Origin: Candidatus Binatia bacterium
Lineage (GTDB): Bacteria; Desulfobacterota; Binatia; HRBIN30
Assembly (NCBI GenBank): GCA_038245295.1
Contig: JBBRSP010000024.1
Coordinates: 20,877-84,876 of the forward strand
Direction: 5' to 3'
Length of the DNA: 64,000 nt
Part shown: positions 40,620 to 50,208 of the stretch, piece by piece
How positions within the stretch are numbered: the first letter of the stretch is position 1
Layout: each line of letters opens with the position of its first letter
Made by a program: the position numbers and the translations under genes
Notes under the pieces: model-generated
Told to the model about the DNA's origin: nothing
The model's input: the letters and a program-made list of their open reading frames with translations, nothing else
Database searches by the model: none

Positions 40620-41564
40620 CTACCAGGGTAGATGGTCGAGATCGACGTTGCCGCCGCTGAGGATCACGCCAACACGCTCGAGTCCTTCGAGAGCGCGAAA
40701 CTCATCGGTCAGCACGGCGGCGACGGCAACTGCCGAGCTAGGTTCGATGAGCAGCTTGGCGCGCTCCCAGCACAGACGCATGGCGGCGACGATCTGTTCC
40801 TCGGAGACCGGGAAGATCTGTTCGACGTGGTCCCGGATGATCGGCCAGTTGAGTTGCCCAAGGCTGGTGAGCAGGCCATCGGCGATGGTCTGCGGACCCG
40901 TTTGCGGGATGAGTACACCAGCTGCCTTCGAGCGGATGGCATCGTCGGCCCCGGCCGGCTCGCCGGCAAACACCCGTAGGCGACGCGTGCTGTGGCGGGC
41001 GACGATGGCGGCGCCGGAAAGCAATCCGCCGCCACCGACGGGAGTGATGATGGCATCGAGGTCGGGAACATCCTCGAAGAACTCGAGGCTCGCGGTACCT
41101 TGCCCGGCGATCACCCACGGGTTGTCGTAGGGATGAACCATCGTGGCGCCGGTTTCCTGCTGTACCTGTGCCGCGGTGGCTTCGCGTGCCTGCAGGGTTG
41201 GCTCGCACAGAATCACGCGTCCGCCATATCCGGCGACGGAGCGCTGCTTCACGCCGGAAGCATTGTTGGGCATGACGATGTGAGCGCTGATGCCGCGCAG
41301 CTTCGCCGCGAGTGCCAGCGCCTGCGCATGATTGCCGGAGCTATGCGTGACGACGCCACGCGCGGCTACATTCTCTTCCAGCGCCATGACGGCATTGCAG
41401 GCGCCGCGGAACTTGAAGGCGCCCACCTTCTGTAGGTGCTCGCACTTGAAGAACAACCGGCGTCCGGCCATCGCGTCGAGGGTCGCGCAGGTCAGCACCG
41501 GGGTTCGATGGGCGAACGGCGCGATGCGCCGCCTGGCTTCGATCACGCCGTCCATCGTCAACAA
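40620..41564 (-). CDS. PLP-dependent threonine/serine dehydratase (serine racemase-like)
   Basis: QKVGAFKFRGA, HSSGNHAQ, GGGGLLSG, LSGGNVD. Confidence 0.93.
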   Translation of the reverse strand: MLTMDGVIEARRRIAPFAHRTPVLTCATLDAMAGRRLFFKCEHLQKVGAFKFRGACNAVMALEENVAARGVVTHSSGNHAQALALAAKLRGISAHIVMPNNASGVKQRSVAGYGGRVILCEPTLQAREATAAQVQQETGATMVHPYDNPWVIAGQGTASLEFFEDVPDLDAIITPVGGGGLLSGAAIVARHSTRRLRVFAGEPAGADDAIRSKAAGVLIPQTGPQTIADGLLTSLGQLNWPIIRDHVEQIFPVSEEQIVAAMRLCWERAKLLIEPSSAVAVAAVLTDEFRALEGLERVGVILSGGNVDLDHLPW

Positions 41565-41597
41565 CGGTTGTTCCTCGTTCGGGGCAGCGCCAAAACG

Positions 41598-41625
41598 GTA
41601 GGGGCGGTTCGCGAACCGCCCCTAC
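41598..41625. repeat. Perfect 28-bp GTAG palindrome
   Basis: gtaggggcggttcgcgaaccgcccctac; identical at 61755-61782, partial near 30478-30495. Confidence 0.85.
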
Positions 41626-41744
41626 GCATCGCTGTCCTCGTCGGCGAGGCGATAGAACTCCTCCTCGCTGACGTTGGGCTTGACGACCAGGTACGGCGGC
41701 TCAACGTCGAGCTGCAAACGCCACTCAGCCATTGCAGCGGCCAT
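41622..41744 (-). pseudogene. N-terminal fragment of a probable Uma2/DUF820 endonuclease
   Basis: VSEEEFYRLADEDSD resembles Uma2 N-termini; the stop comes from the REP palindrome. Confidence 0.5.
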
Positions 41745-42042
41745 ACCGCCCTCACCGGCAAGGCGCAACGGTCGTTGCCCCCGTGCGCACGTACTCACTG
41801 TGGTGCATGCGATGTTGTCGGTGTGACTCAGTTGCTTGCCGTGACCGGACGGCTCGTGGCGGCAAGCGTTTGGATTCCGAGAAGGGATGACACCTACATG
41901 ATGCCCTCTACGCCTGGGCCGATTTGCTGCGCCTGCACAATCTGCGCGGCGACCTCGCCATCCACCGGTCCCCCGTCTGGTCAACCGGGCGCCAGTCTTC
42001 ATCTGGAGATCATCCAGCTGCACGACGGCGCAGCCTTGTCGG

Positions 42043-42810
42043 TCAGGCGATCCGTAACCTCGCCAAGCGCGACAACACACGTGCCGACACGTCGTTCCAC
42101 ACCAAGACGGAAAGCATCCACCACAAGACGATCCACAGCGGTACGCCGCCGAGCCAACCGAGGTGATACCGGTGTAGTCCGCCCACCTGAATGAAGAGCA
42201 CTTCGACCAGCGGCCCAACGGTTGCGGCCAGCGCCACGAGCCGTCTTTCCGGCGCCGTGATGCCAAACAACGCGGCGTAGGCGAGCAATCCGAGCCCGAA
42301 CGGCAACCAGGACAGGATCGGGGCAGTGTAATGCCGGTAGATCATCTGCCGCGTCACAATGACCAGTGTGAGCTCGATCGTGACACGCATGAGCGGTCGA
42401 TCGGGTTGAATGGGCCTGGCAACGGAGCGCCGTATGCGCTGGCAGAGGCTCGCGACAAAGCGCAGGATCATTCCCCAATACAGAAGCATCCAGAACGGGA
42501 TACGTCCCGCCGGCGGCACCGCGTAGTCGTAGATGCGGTGTCGCACCACCGAGTTCCAATCGTTGCCGGCTCCCAGCACCATACACAACGTGAAGAAGGC
42601 CAACTCGGCGCCGACGGAGAGTTCGCGTTCACTCAGCGGCAATCGGCTCCAAGCGCCGAAGCGTAAAGCCAGCACCGCCGGTACCAGCGCCGTCATGAGG
42701 GTTAGGCGATTGCTGGCCAGGCAGATCGCGACGCCGACCGCCGCCGTCGCAGCGGCGTCGATGGCAAAGACTCGCTCACCGTGCGGTGCTGGTTGCGGGT
42801 CTGCCGGCAT
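42043..42810 (-). CDS. Multi-pass membrane protein (DUF2878-like)
   Basis: About 8 hydrophobic segments; duplicated Y...G.(I/V)P.W(M/I).L.W motif. Confidence 0.7.
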   Translation of the reverse strand: MPADPQPAPHGERVFAIDAAATAAVGVAICLASNRLTLMTALVPAVLALRFGAWSRLPLSERELSVGAELAFFTLCMVLGAGNDWNSVVRHRIYDYAVPPAGRIPFWMLLYWGMILRFVASLCQRIRRSVARPIQPDRPLMRVTIELTLVIVTRQMIYRHYTAPILSWLPFGLGLLAYAALFGITAPERRLVALAATVGPLVEVLFIQVGGLHRYHLGWLGGVPLWIVLWWMLSVLVWNDVSARVLSRLARLRIA

Positions 42811-44080
42811 GACGTCTTCCCCGAACCAGGTCACTGATGTCACGAATCAGGCTCGTCGGATGTTCGAGACCGTAGGCGTAGGTGTCGGTCGAGTAGTTCT
42901 GCGCCCAGTTGCAGTTGGCGCCGCACTGCGCCGTTCCCGGACCGTGAAACCCGGTCGGATCGATGCGTCGCGCTGCATACGCATACATCGAGTCGACGTC
43001 GTCGAAGTCGAGCACGTTCACCCGTTCCGGCTGGACATGGACACTGGCTTTGCACGGCCAGAAGACCCGGCCATCGTGATCGATATGCGGCTTGAGCGTG
43101 TTGCGACAGGTGAGCGCTTCGGAGTGCAGGAGACGCTGCAGCAAACGGGCCGAGCCGGTGATCGGGTATCCCTGCGCTTTGCGCTCCAAGATGGTCTTGA
43201 CCAACGCGTTGTACTCGGAGTCGTGTCGCAGAGCAGCGTGAACCGCCGGGCCGGTGTTCATCGGCACCGGGCAAAAGGCGATACCGAGATCGTTGGCGAA
43301 GTCGAGCACGTCGCGCGCATGTGCGATTGCTTCGGGCTGAATCACCGTGTTGACCATGAGCTTGAAGCGCATGACCTCGGAGAGCTCGTGCAACAGCAGC
43401 AGATTGCGCAGCACCCTCTCCGGATGCGGATAGACCCACATGTCCTGCAGGGTTGGCAGGTGCAGGGCGTCGAGACTGACGATGATGATGTCGATGTCGG
43501 CCAGCCACGATCTCCAGGCATCCTGCTGCAGCAGGCTGTCGATCACGCTGCCGTTGGTGTTGATGAGAATCGGAAAGTAGTCGAGGTCACGTGCCGCGCG
43601 CGTCAGCTCCGGCAAGTCTTTACGCAAGGTCGGCTCACCGCCGGAAAAGTACACCGACGACGTACCGGTGCGCATGACACGAAGCAGACGAAGCCCCTCG
43701 TCGGTGCTGAGCGTACCGTCCTTGGGCAGCTCCGGGTAACACTGTCCGCGGTGGTCGTCGCAGTAGACGCAGCGGAAGTTGCACGTCCGCAGCAAGGTCC
43801 AGATGAAATACAACGGCCGCAGGTCTTCGCGGCCTTGCTTGAACAAGCGCCGATTGACGAGATAGTTGCCAGCGGCGGTGGCGTAGGCCCGTCGCCGCCG
43901 CCGCCATTCACCCCAACCGTTCCGCGGCACCTCGAGTCGAGGCAAGAGCTGATGGGCAAGACGCTTCGCTTCCGCCTGTAACTGCGGCCAGTCTGGATGA
44001 CCGCGAAGCGGCGAGTACAGGCGAAACTGCGGCAGACTCACCGGAGCGAAGACCCTTTTGACAGTCTCACCATACGCCAT
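42776..44080 (-). CDS. Radical SAM protein with C-terminal Cys cluster (twitch/SPASM-like)
   Basis: CNFRCVYC, FSGGEPTL, NTNG, VSLD, DGRVFWPC, CGANC. Confidence 0.88.
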   Translation of the reverse strand: MAYGETVKRVFAPVSLPQFRLYSPLRGHPDWPQLQAEAKRLAHQLLPRLEVPRNGWGEWRRRRRAYATAAGNYLVNRRLFKQGREDLRPLYFIWTLLRTCNFRCVYCDDHRGQCYPELPKDGTLSTDEGLRLLRVMRTGTSSVYFSGGEPTLRKDLPELTRAARDLDYFPILINTNGSVIDSLLQQDAWRSWLADIDIIIVSLDALHLPTLQDMWVYPHPERVLRNLLLLHELSEVMRFKLMVNTVIQPEAIAHARDVLDFANDLGIAFCPVPMNTGPAVHAALRHDSEYNALVKTILERKAQGYPITGSARLLQRLLHSEALTCRNTLKPHIDHDGRVFWPCKASVHVQPERVNVLDFDDVDSMYAYAARRIDPTGFHGPGTAQCGANCNWAQNYSTDTYAYGLEHPTSLIRDISDLVRGRRHAGRPATSTAR

Positions 44081-44401
44081 ATGCCTGTGTCTCGCAGGCA
44101 ACGTGCCAGTACGGCCGGGCTGCTGAATCCTGGGAAGACGCCTCCGGCTTTCTCATGCCTGGCAACGCGGCCACTGGCGTTTGGCGATGATTCGTGCACA
44201 GCGCGGGCTGAGGCCTGCAACCCAACGTCCCTGCACCCTGACCCTCCTCTGCGCCATCATCACGGCGCGGAGGAGGGTCCGTATACGGGTCGACAGTGCA
44301 CGATTCGAGCTTTCGAACATCGTCTGATACCTACCCTTATATGTCGCTCACTCCCAAATAGGGCGTTTAATGCAGGCTATCCCCTCGAGGAGAAACGCCC
44401 C

Positions 44402-45130
44402 TTGAGTCTTCCCGAACCGACGAGCAGAACGTCGACTGACCGCGGCGCCGATCGCACCAGCGCCCAGGAGTAGGCCCGAATTGCCGACCTGCTTGGCCTG
44501 CTGCCTACCTCCGGCGGGGTCGCACTCGACATCGGCACGAGGGATGGACACATGTCGCTTCGACTCGCGGAGCGAATGGAGTCGGTTGTGGCCCTCGACC
44601 TCGAATGCCCCCCGATCTCACATCCGCGTGTCCTTCCGATCTCTGGCGACGTCGCGAACTTGGAATTTACGGATCGGTACTTCGACGTCGTCCTGTGCGC
44701 CGAAGTACTCGAGCACCTGTCTCCCAATCGACTTCCGAGGGCCTGCGCCGAGCTCGCCCGCGTTGCGCGCGGGGTCGTCGTCATTGGCGTCCCCTACCGG
44801 GAGGACCTTCGCTGCGGCCGCACGACTTGCCAGCATTGCGGCGCAAAGAACCCACCATGGGGCCACGTAAACAGCTTCGACGAGCCAGCGCTGCGAGAGT
44901 TGTTTTCGACGCTCGAGTGGACGACCGTCTCGTACGTGGGACGGAAGCGAGAGCGTACGAATGCCTTGTCGACGGCCTTGCTCGATTTTGCCGGCAACCC
45001 ATTTGGAACGTACGACCAGAGCGAGACTTGCGTGTATTGCGGCCACACGCTCGGATATCGGGGTCGACGTACGCCACTTCAGCGCGTCGCTCCACAGCGG
45101 TCGCGGCCTCGACGGTTCGTTCGAGCTCAG
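44402..45130 (+). pseudogene. Class I SAM methyltransferase, interrupted by in-frame TAG at 44471-44473 and apparently 3'-truncated
   Basis: SAQE*ARIADLL..LDIGTRDG continues in frame into FDVVLCAEVLEHL; the frame runs on antisense into mscL. Confidence 0.6.
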
Positions 45131-45570
45131 CGGCTCTTCAAGAGGTCGCGGATTTCGCCGAGCAGGAGAACGTCCGCCGGCGGAGCGGGCGGGGGCGCCG
45201 GCTCGGCCTTTTCCTCGGCCGCGATTCTCGCCTTCAACGCGTTGACCCCGCGAACCACCATGAAGACCGCAAACGCGAGGATCAGGGTGTTGATCGCAAC
45301 GGTCATAAACTGCCCGTAGCCAAGCGCGACCACGCCGGAAATCTTGCGGGCTTCGGCCAGCGGGGTGCCTTCGGCAGCGACGCCCTTGATCACCACGTAC
45401 ATGTTCGAAAAATCGACTTTGCTGACCAAACCCGTGAGCGGAATAATCAACTCGTCGACGAACGATTTCAGGATACTCCCGATCGCGCTTCCGACGATGA
45501 GACCCACGGCAAGGTCGATCGCGTTCCCCTTGCCGATGAAATCCCGAAAATCCTTCATGACTGAGCCCAT
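45127..45570 (-). CDS. mscL: Large-conductance mechanosensitive channel
   Basis: FRDFIGKGNAIDLAVG, YGQF, LLGEIRDLLK. Confidence 0.96.
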   Translation of the reverse strand: MGSVMKDFRDFIGKGNAIDLAVGLIVGSAIGSILKSFVDELIIPLTGLVSKVDFSNMYVVIKGVAAEGTPLAEARKISGVVALGYGQFMTVAINTLILAFAVFMVVRGVNALKARIAAEEKAEPAPPPAPPADVLLLGEIRDLLKSR

Positions 45571-45747
45571 GTTCCCTCCCTGAGTGTGTTGGTGGATTTT
45601 GAATCGCCTGCGGTTCTCTACCGCCAGTTACCGGTCGAACCGAATCGCTCATCGCCAGCCGATCGGTTCGTAGCCCTTCTCCCGCAAGCATTGCTCGACG
45701 AAGTTCACGAGAACCGGGTCCGAAGACTCGGACCGTCGCCCGACGGC

Positions 45748-46035
45748 TCAGCTTCCGAGCGTACTCTTCAACTTGTTGAGCGTGTCGAGGTTCTTCTGCA
45801 GCGCGTCGACGTGCTGCTGCATGTCGACGATGGCCGTCCCGAGCTCGACCGCGGAACCCACGGCGCCGCCGGATCCAGCGGCCTTTTCCACTGCTTCCTT
45901 GCCAAGTCCCTTGCCCAGGTCGCCCATCTGCGCGTTGGCCCACTGGTGGTTGACTGAACCGAAGAGAAAACCGGCCGCGAAGATCGCCGCCAGCAGCCCC
46001 ATCCGCATGCCGCCCCTTGCTCGATTGGTTCTCAT
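45748..46035 (-). CDS. Small exported hypothetical protein
   Basis: GGAAAGGGAA RBS, signal-like LLAAIFAAGFLFG..ANA, coiled-coil C-terminus. Confidence 0.65.
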   Translation of the reverse strand: MRTNRARGGMRMGLLAAIFAAGFLFGSVNHQWANAQMGDLGKGLGKEAVEKAAGSGGAVGSAVELGTAIVDMQQHVDALQKNLDTLNKLKSTLGS

Positions 46036-46349
46036 GATTCTTCCCTTTCCCTGAGTTGCCCCCGCCTGATTGCGGGACGTTTCGATCTCACGATCGTGGT
46101 TGTCGCGGTTCTTTGACCCGCAGCAGACCGCACTTCGCGTTCCCGCGCCTTGCGCGACTCCCGATACCGCTTCTCCCTGCCTGGCAGCCAAGTAGAGCAT
46201 GGCCCGTGCCAAGGTGGCATGGATTCCGCATGCCCGCTTCCGTGCGATGTCCTTCCGGGCTCGATCTCACGCCAGACACACCGGCGGGAGCGCGTGAAAC
46301 AGGCCCGTGAGACAATCGGGCCGCCCCGGGGGGCGGGGGCAGGTGTCGC

Positions 46350-46545
46350 CTTCGAGTCGCAAACGTCTTGCGGGGGGCGAACCCGCTGCGCACCGCCTCG
46401 CCGATGAAGACGAGCAGGCTGAGCATGACGGCGATCACCGCGAAGCCCGTCAGCCCGAGCCACGGCGCCTGCAGGTTCGACTCGCCCTGTGCCAGTAACT
46501 CGTCGAGCGACGGCGATCCCGGCGGCATGCCGAAGCCCTTGCGGT
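46350..46545 (-). pseudogene. C-terminal fragment of an ABC peptide transporter permease (YejE-like)
   Basis: GFGMPPGSPSLDELLAQGESNLQAPWLGLTGFAVIAVMLSLLVFIGEAVR..F.PRK. Confidence 0.7.
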
Positions 46546-46664
46546 CTTCGCGGGCGCGACCATCCCGGCGCGCTGATTGCAAGTCGGCGCAGCATAGGCC
46601 ATGGGAACCGCGGCGGCGGCCGTGACGATCGCGCCAGTTGTGCTGTGCTGGAGGTAGCTTGATT

Positions 46665-47330
46665 CCGCCCGACAAGCGGGTCGGCAGCCAGGCCAGGTCT
46701 CCGTCCAAGCGCGGGCTCTGCCAGAAGCGCGCATGTAGGCGCGCCAGGGTTGCGACCAGGTTACGGATCGAGTCGACGGGAACCTCGCTGGTAGAGTTTG
46801 GAAAGCGGACGCCGCGCAGGGTGAGATCTTCCATCACCATTCCGAACCGCCGGCTCCTCTCGTCGAAGAGCCCGCCGAATGCCCGCGGCGCCTCGATGTC
46901 GAGTTCGGGGCGGATCTCTGTATAGAAGCGCACCTCGTTGAGGTACATCGGATCGGGCGCGTGCGGGAAGTAGCGTTGAAAGACCCCGACGAGCACGAAC
47001 AGCAGTGAGCGGGCACCCGCACCGACGACCGGAAGTGATTCAGCGACGCGCGAGGCTCTTGCCAGCGACAACACTGCCGGCAACCCGAAGCGCAGGACCG
47101 GGTGGAGCAGCAGTGTCTTCAAGATCATGCGCGACGGGAGACCGTGATCGTGCCCTGGGGCGAATTGGACTTCCAGCGTGATACGATCGGCAGTGGAGGC
47201 GATGCCGTCGCCGCAACGTGCGTGCTCCACCACCTGAACCGTCTCGACGACTACGTCAGGGTGGAGCCGGCGCAGCATCGTCTGGACGGTCGCGGGGTCG
47301 CCTGCTCTCGGGTTGGGGATTCCTGGTCGA
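46665..47330 (-). pseudogene. Truncated EcKinase/APH-like phosphotransferase (N-lobe only)
   Basis: LPSRMILK, NEVRFY.EIRPEL.IEAP, MEDL, LARLHARFW; no HGD/DWQ catalytic loop follows. Confidence 0.65.
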
Positions 47331-47652
47331 TTTCGTCTTCCGGCCCGAATCCATCATCGTGTCAATTCGCATCGAGCATCCCTCCGTCGTCGACGCGCAA
47401 CTTGCATAGGTCCGACGACGCGACAACGCCGCCACCGGCCGAGGACCCGCCCGGGATGGTCGAACATGCTGTAAGCGGAGAGCCCTTAGGTAGCTCACGG
47501 CCAAATCGGGGGCGAGAAGGGGACGCGGACCTTGTGCGGAAATCCGGTATTCCCTGGAACCAATGAGGACATCTGGTGACGCTCTGCTTTCGGCGCCCAG
47601 AGACCTTACGACTTCGTTGCCGCGATACCGCCAAAATGGTAGGTTTCGTTCC

Positions 47653-47916
47653 ATGAAAACTACCATGGATTCCGCCGGACGCCTGGTAATCCCGAAGGAG
47701 TTACGCCGCGAGGCACGGCTTCAACCCGGAGCGCCTTTGGAGGTGCGATGGCGTGATGGCCGCATAGAGATAGAGCCGGCGCCTCTGCCGGTGACGCTGG
47801 AGAGACGCGGCAAACTCACGGTAGCCGTAGCGCCTCGTGCAATGCCGCCTCTGACGGCGGACGACGTCGAGCGGGTTCGTCGACAGACGCGCCGCGAACG
47901 CGGCGGGCGCGAATAA
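47653..47916 (+). CDS. AbrB/MazE/SpoVT family antitoxin
   Basis: MDSAGRLVIPKELRREARLQPG. Confidence 0.88.
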   Translation: MKTTMDSAGRLVIPKELRREARLQPGAPLEVRWRDGRIEIEPAPLPVTLERRGKLTVAVAPRAMPPLTADDVERVRRQTRRERGGRE

Positions 47917-47919
47917 CAG

Positions 47920-48351
47920 GTGCCGCGTTTCATGCTGGATACGAGCTGCATGGTGGCCGCGCTGTGCAGTTGGCATTCACACCACGAGCGTGTTGCGGCG
48001 GCGCTCCATCAGCGCCTGAAGCACCAGAGCATGATCGTCGCCGCACCAACACTGATCGAAACGTATGCGGTCCTCACCCGGTTGCCGCCACCGCATCGCC
48101 TCTCGCCGAGTGTTGCCCACCAACTGCTCGAAGCCAATTTTATCGGGGCGCCCACGGTCGTCACCCTCAACAGCTCCAGTTACCTCGCCATCCTCACCGG
48201 CGCGGCAAAGCGCTCGATCGCCGGCGGACGCACGTACGATGCCGTAATCGCGCAATGCGCGGTCGCGGGAAAAGCCAGCGCCCTCCTCACTCTCAACGAC
48301 TCCGACTTTCGCGCCCTCGCTATCCCGGATCTCGACATCGTCGTCCCGTAG
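47920..48351 (+). CDS. vapC: PIN-domain (VapC-like) toxin
   Basis: LDTSCMV, ETYAVLTRLP, GGRTYDAVIA, LTLNDSDF. Confidence 0.88.
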   Translation: MPRFMLDTSCMVAALCSWHSHHERVAAALHQRLKHQSMIVAAPTLIETYAVLTRLPPPHRLSPSVAHQLLEANFIGAPTVVTLNSSSYLAILTGAAKRSIAGGRTYDAVIAQCAVAGKASALLTLNDSDFRALAIPDLDIVVP

Positions 48352-48615
48352 GACGGCCGCGCCGTTGGTCGAAGCGTACAGAAACTCCGCCCTTGAAAGA
48401 CGCTCGCAGGTGCTTGACTCTCGACACACCCGCGACTGCTCAGCTCCCCAAGATGGTGGGAGTACGCGTACTGTTGTGTAGCTGTACCATGGCCAGGGAC
48501 ACCTCCGAGGGGCTGGATCTTCTGCCGTTCGAGCACCGTGCCGTCATAGAGAAGATCCTTCGTCACCTTGGTCTGCCGACTGACACACCGCGAGCCATCC
48601 TGCCGTCTTTATCTC

Positions 48616-50208
48616 TCATCGGTGCACCAGATGGTGACCGTCGCAGTGACCGATTCCGTAGCGCCAGGCATACGGGCGAAAGCGCAAGCCGCGACGCCGG
48701 CAAAACTCGCGGACTTCGTCGGAAAGCGCATCTTGTGCGCCGAAGACCCGTGAAGAGGTGAGATCGAAACAGGTGACGCCGGCGGGCAGATGGAGCGGCT
48801 GTGGTGCACCAAAGGCTAGGATGACCTGGCGGCCAGCAGGCAAGGGAAGCTCACCCCACTCGGGCAAGAAGCGTACATCCGCCGAGCCTGCGAGCGCCAG
48901 CTCGACACCGCCGTCGCAGTCGTGACGCTGCACCTTGAATCCACGTTCGCGCAGTGCGTTCGCCATCTCTGGCATGAGCTCATCGATGAGCATCTTCTTC
49001 TGTTCGGCCAGCGACGGGGCGCTGATGTGGCGGATCACTTGCGCCGGCACGCCTCCGACCATCGTCGAGGCAGCCACGTTGACGGCGACGAAGGAGTTGA
49101 CCATCACCGTCGCGCCGTCGGCAATGCTCACCCCGGGGAATACAAACGCCTGATTTCCAATGAACACGTGGTTGCCGACTTGAATCGGACCGAACAACGA
49201 GCGGTAGCCGCGCAGCACCGATTGCCAGTGACTGTGTGTGAACAGCATGGCACGCGAGCCAATGCACACCTCGTCGCCCAACGTGATCGGATGACAGGGG
49301 TTCAAGTAAGCGCCCTCGCCAAAGAAGCAGGCATCGCCGGCACGTAAGTGCGCCCCTGCCTCGTCGCTGCCGCCACCGCCGATCACCACGTCGTCTTTCG
49401 ACCACAGCGCTGCGCCGATCTCGATCGAACGACAACGGGCCCGCGTGCGCTTGCCGAAGGCGGCTAGCGGTCTGAGGCTAAGGCGCTCGCACTCGATGCT
49501 CGAATCGGCACCGATGATCACGCCGTCGCCGAGGTGTACCTCCGCCGCGAGTAGGATGGCGCCGCTGTCGAGGCGCACGTGCTCGCCGATGTCGGCACCG
49601 TGCTCGCGATAGAGGCGCAGCTTGAGGTCGGAGGAGAGCGCCCGGAAGGCATTCGAATCGCGTCGCAAGTCATCGAGAAAGGCGGCGTCGAGTCGACCCT
49701 TGGCTGGCGCCACACCGACGCGAACCGCCGCTTCGACGTCACTAGCGGTAATCTCGCCACGGACACCGCTGCCGTGAATCGAGTCCAACGCTACGCCGCA
49801 TTCGCCCGCCAATCGTCGTGCCGCCGGAGAAGCGGTCGGGCGACGTGCCGACGCCGCGGGCCGCACGCCGGTTTCGTTCAGTGTCGCCCGATCTGTCGGA
49901 TTCGACGCATCGGATGGATTTGCAAGGCCGTTCGACATCCCCAGCCAGGTTTCGCGGTCGGGAACGACTTCGTCGGCAGATCCGATGAAAGCTAGCACTT
50001 CGAGCACCGCGACTCGCTGGCCGACCGGGACGACAACTCTGCGTAAGATTCCGGACGTTTCAGCTTCGACTTCAACGTTGATCTTGTCGGTTTCGACCTC
50101 GAACAGCGGCTCGCCCGCCTGCACGGCGTCGCCTTCGACCTTCATCCAGCCGCGAATGACACCATGGGTCATGTTGGCGTCAAGGATCGGCAGAGTCACC
50201 GCTTGCAT
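48616..50208 (-). CDS. Lipoyl domain + E1/E3-binding domain + hexapeptide-repeat acyltransferase fusion
   Basis: EVETDKINVEVEA; ASPAARRLA..GSG.RGEIT.SDV; LbH with LFTHSH, IGNQAFVFPGVSI, GGVPAQVI. Confidence 0.85.
   Translation of the reverse strand: MQAVTLPILDANMTHGVIRGWMKVEGDAVQAGEPLFEVETDKINVEVEAETSGILRRVVVPVGQRVAVLEVLAFIGSADEVVPDRETWLGMSNGLANPSDASNPTDRATLNETGVRPAASARRPTASPAARRLAGECGVALDSIHGSGVRGEITASDVEAAVRVGVAPAKGRLDAAFLDDLRRDSNAFRALSSDLKLRLYREHGADIGEHVRLDSGAILLAAEVHLGDGVIIGADSSIECERLSLRPLAAFGKRTRARCRSIEIGAALWSKDDVVIGGGGSDEAGAHLRAGDACFFGEGAYLNPCHPITLGDEVCIGSRAMLFTHSHWQSVLRGYRSLFGPIQVGNHVFIGNQAFVFPGVSIADGATVMVNSFVAVNVAASTMVGGVPAQVIRHISAPSLAEQKKMLIDELMPEMANALRERGFKVQRHDCDGGVELALAGSADVRFLPEWGELPLPAGRQVILAFGAPQPLHLPAGVTCFDLTSSRVFGAQDALSDEVREFCRRRGLRFRPYAWRYGIGHCDGHHLVHR

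Noticed and set aside
44471..44473. Amber readthrough or pyrrolysine recoding
   Set aside because: No pyl genes are visible, TAG serves as a normal stop elsewhere (e.g. recN, rpiA), and the gene also looks 3'-truncated
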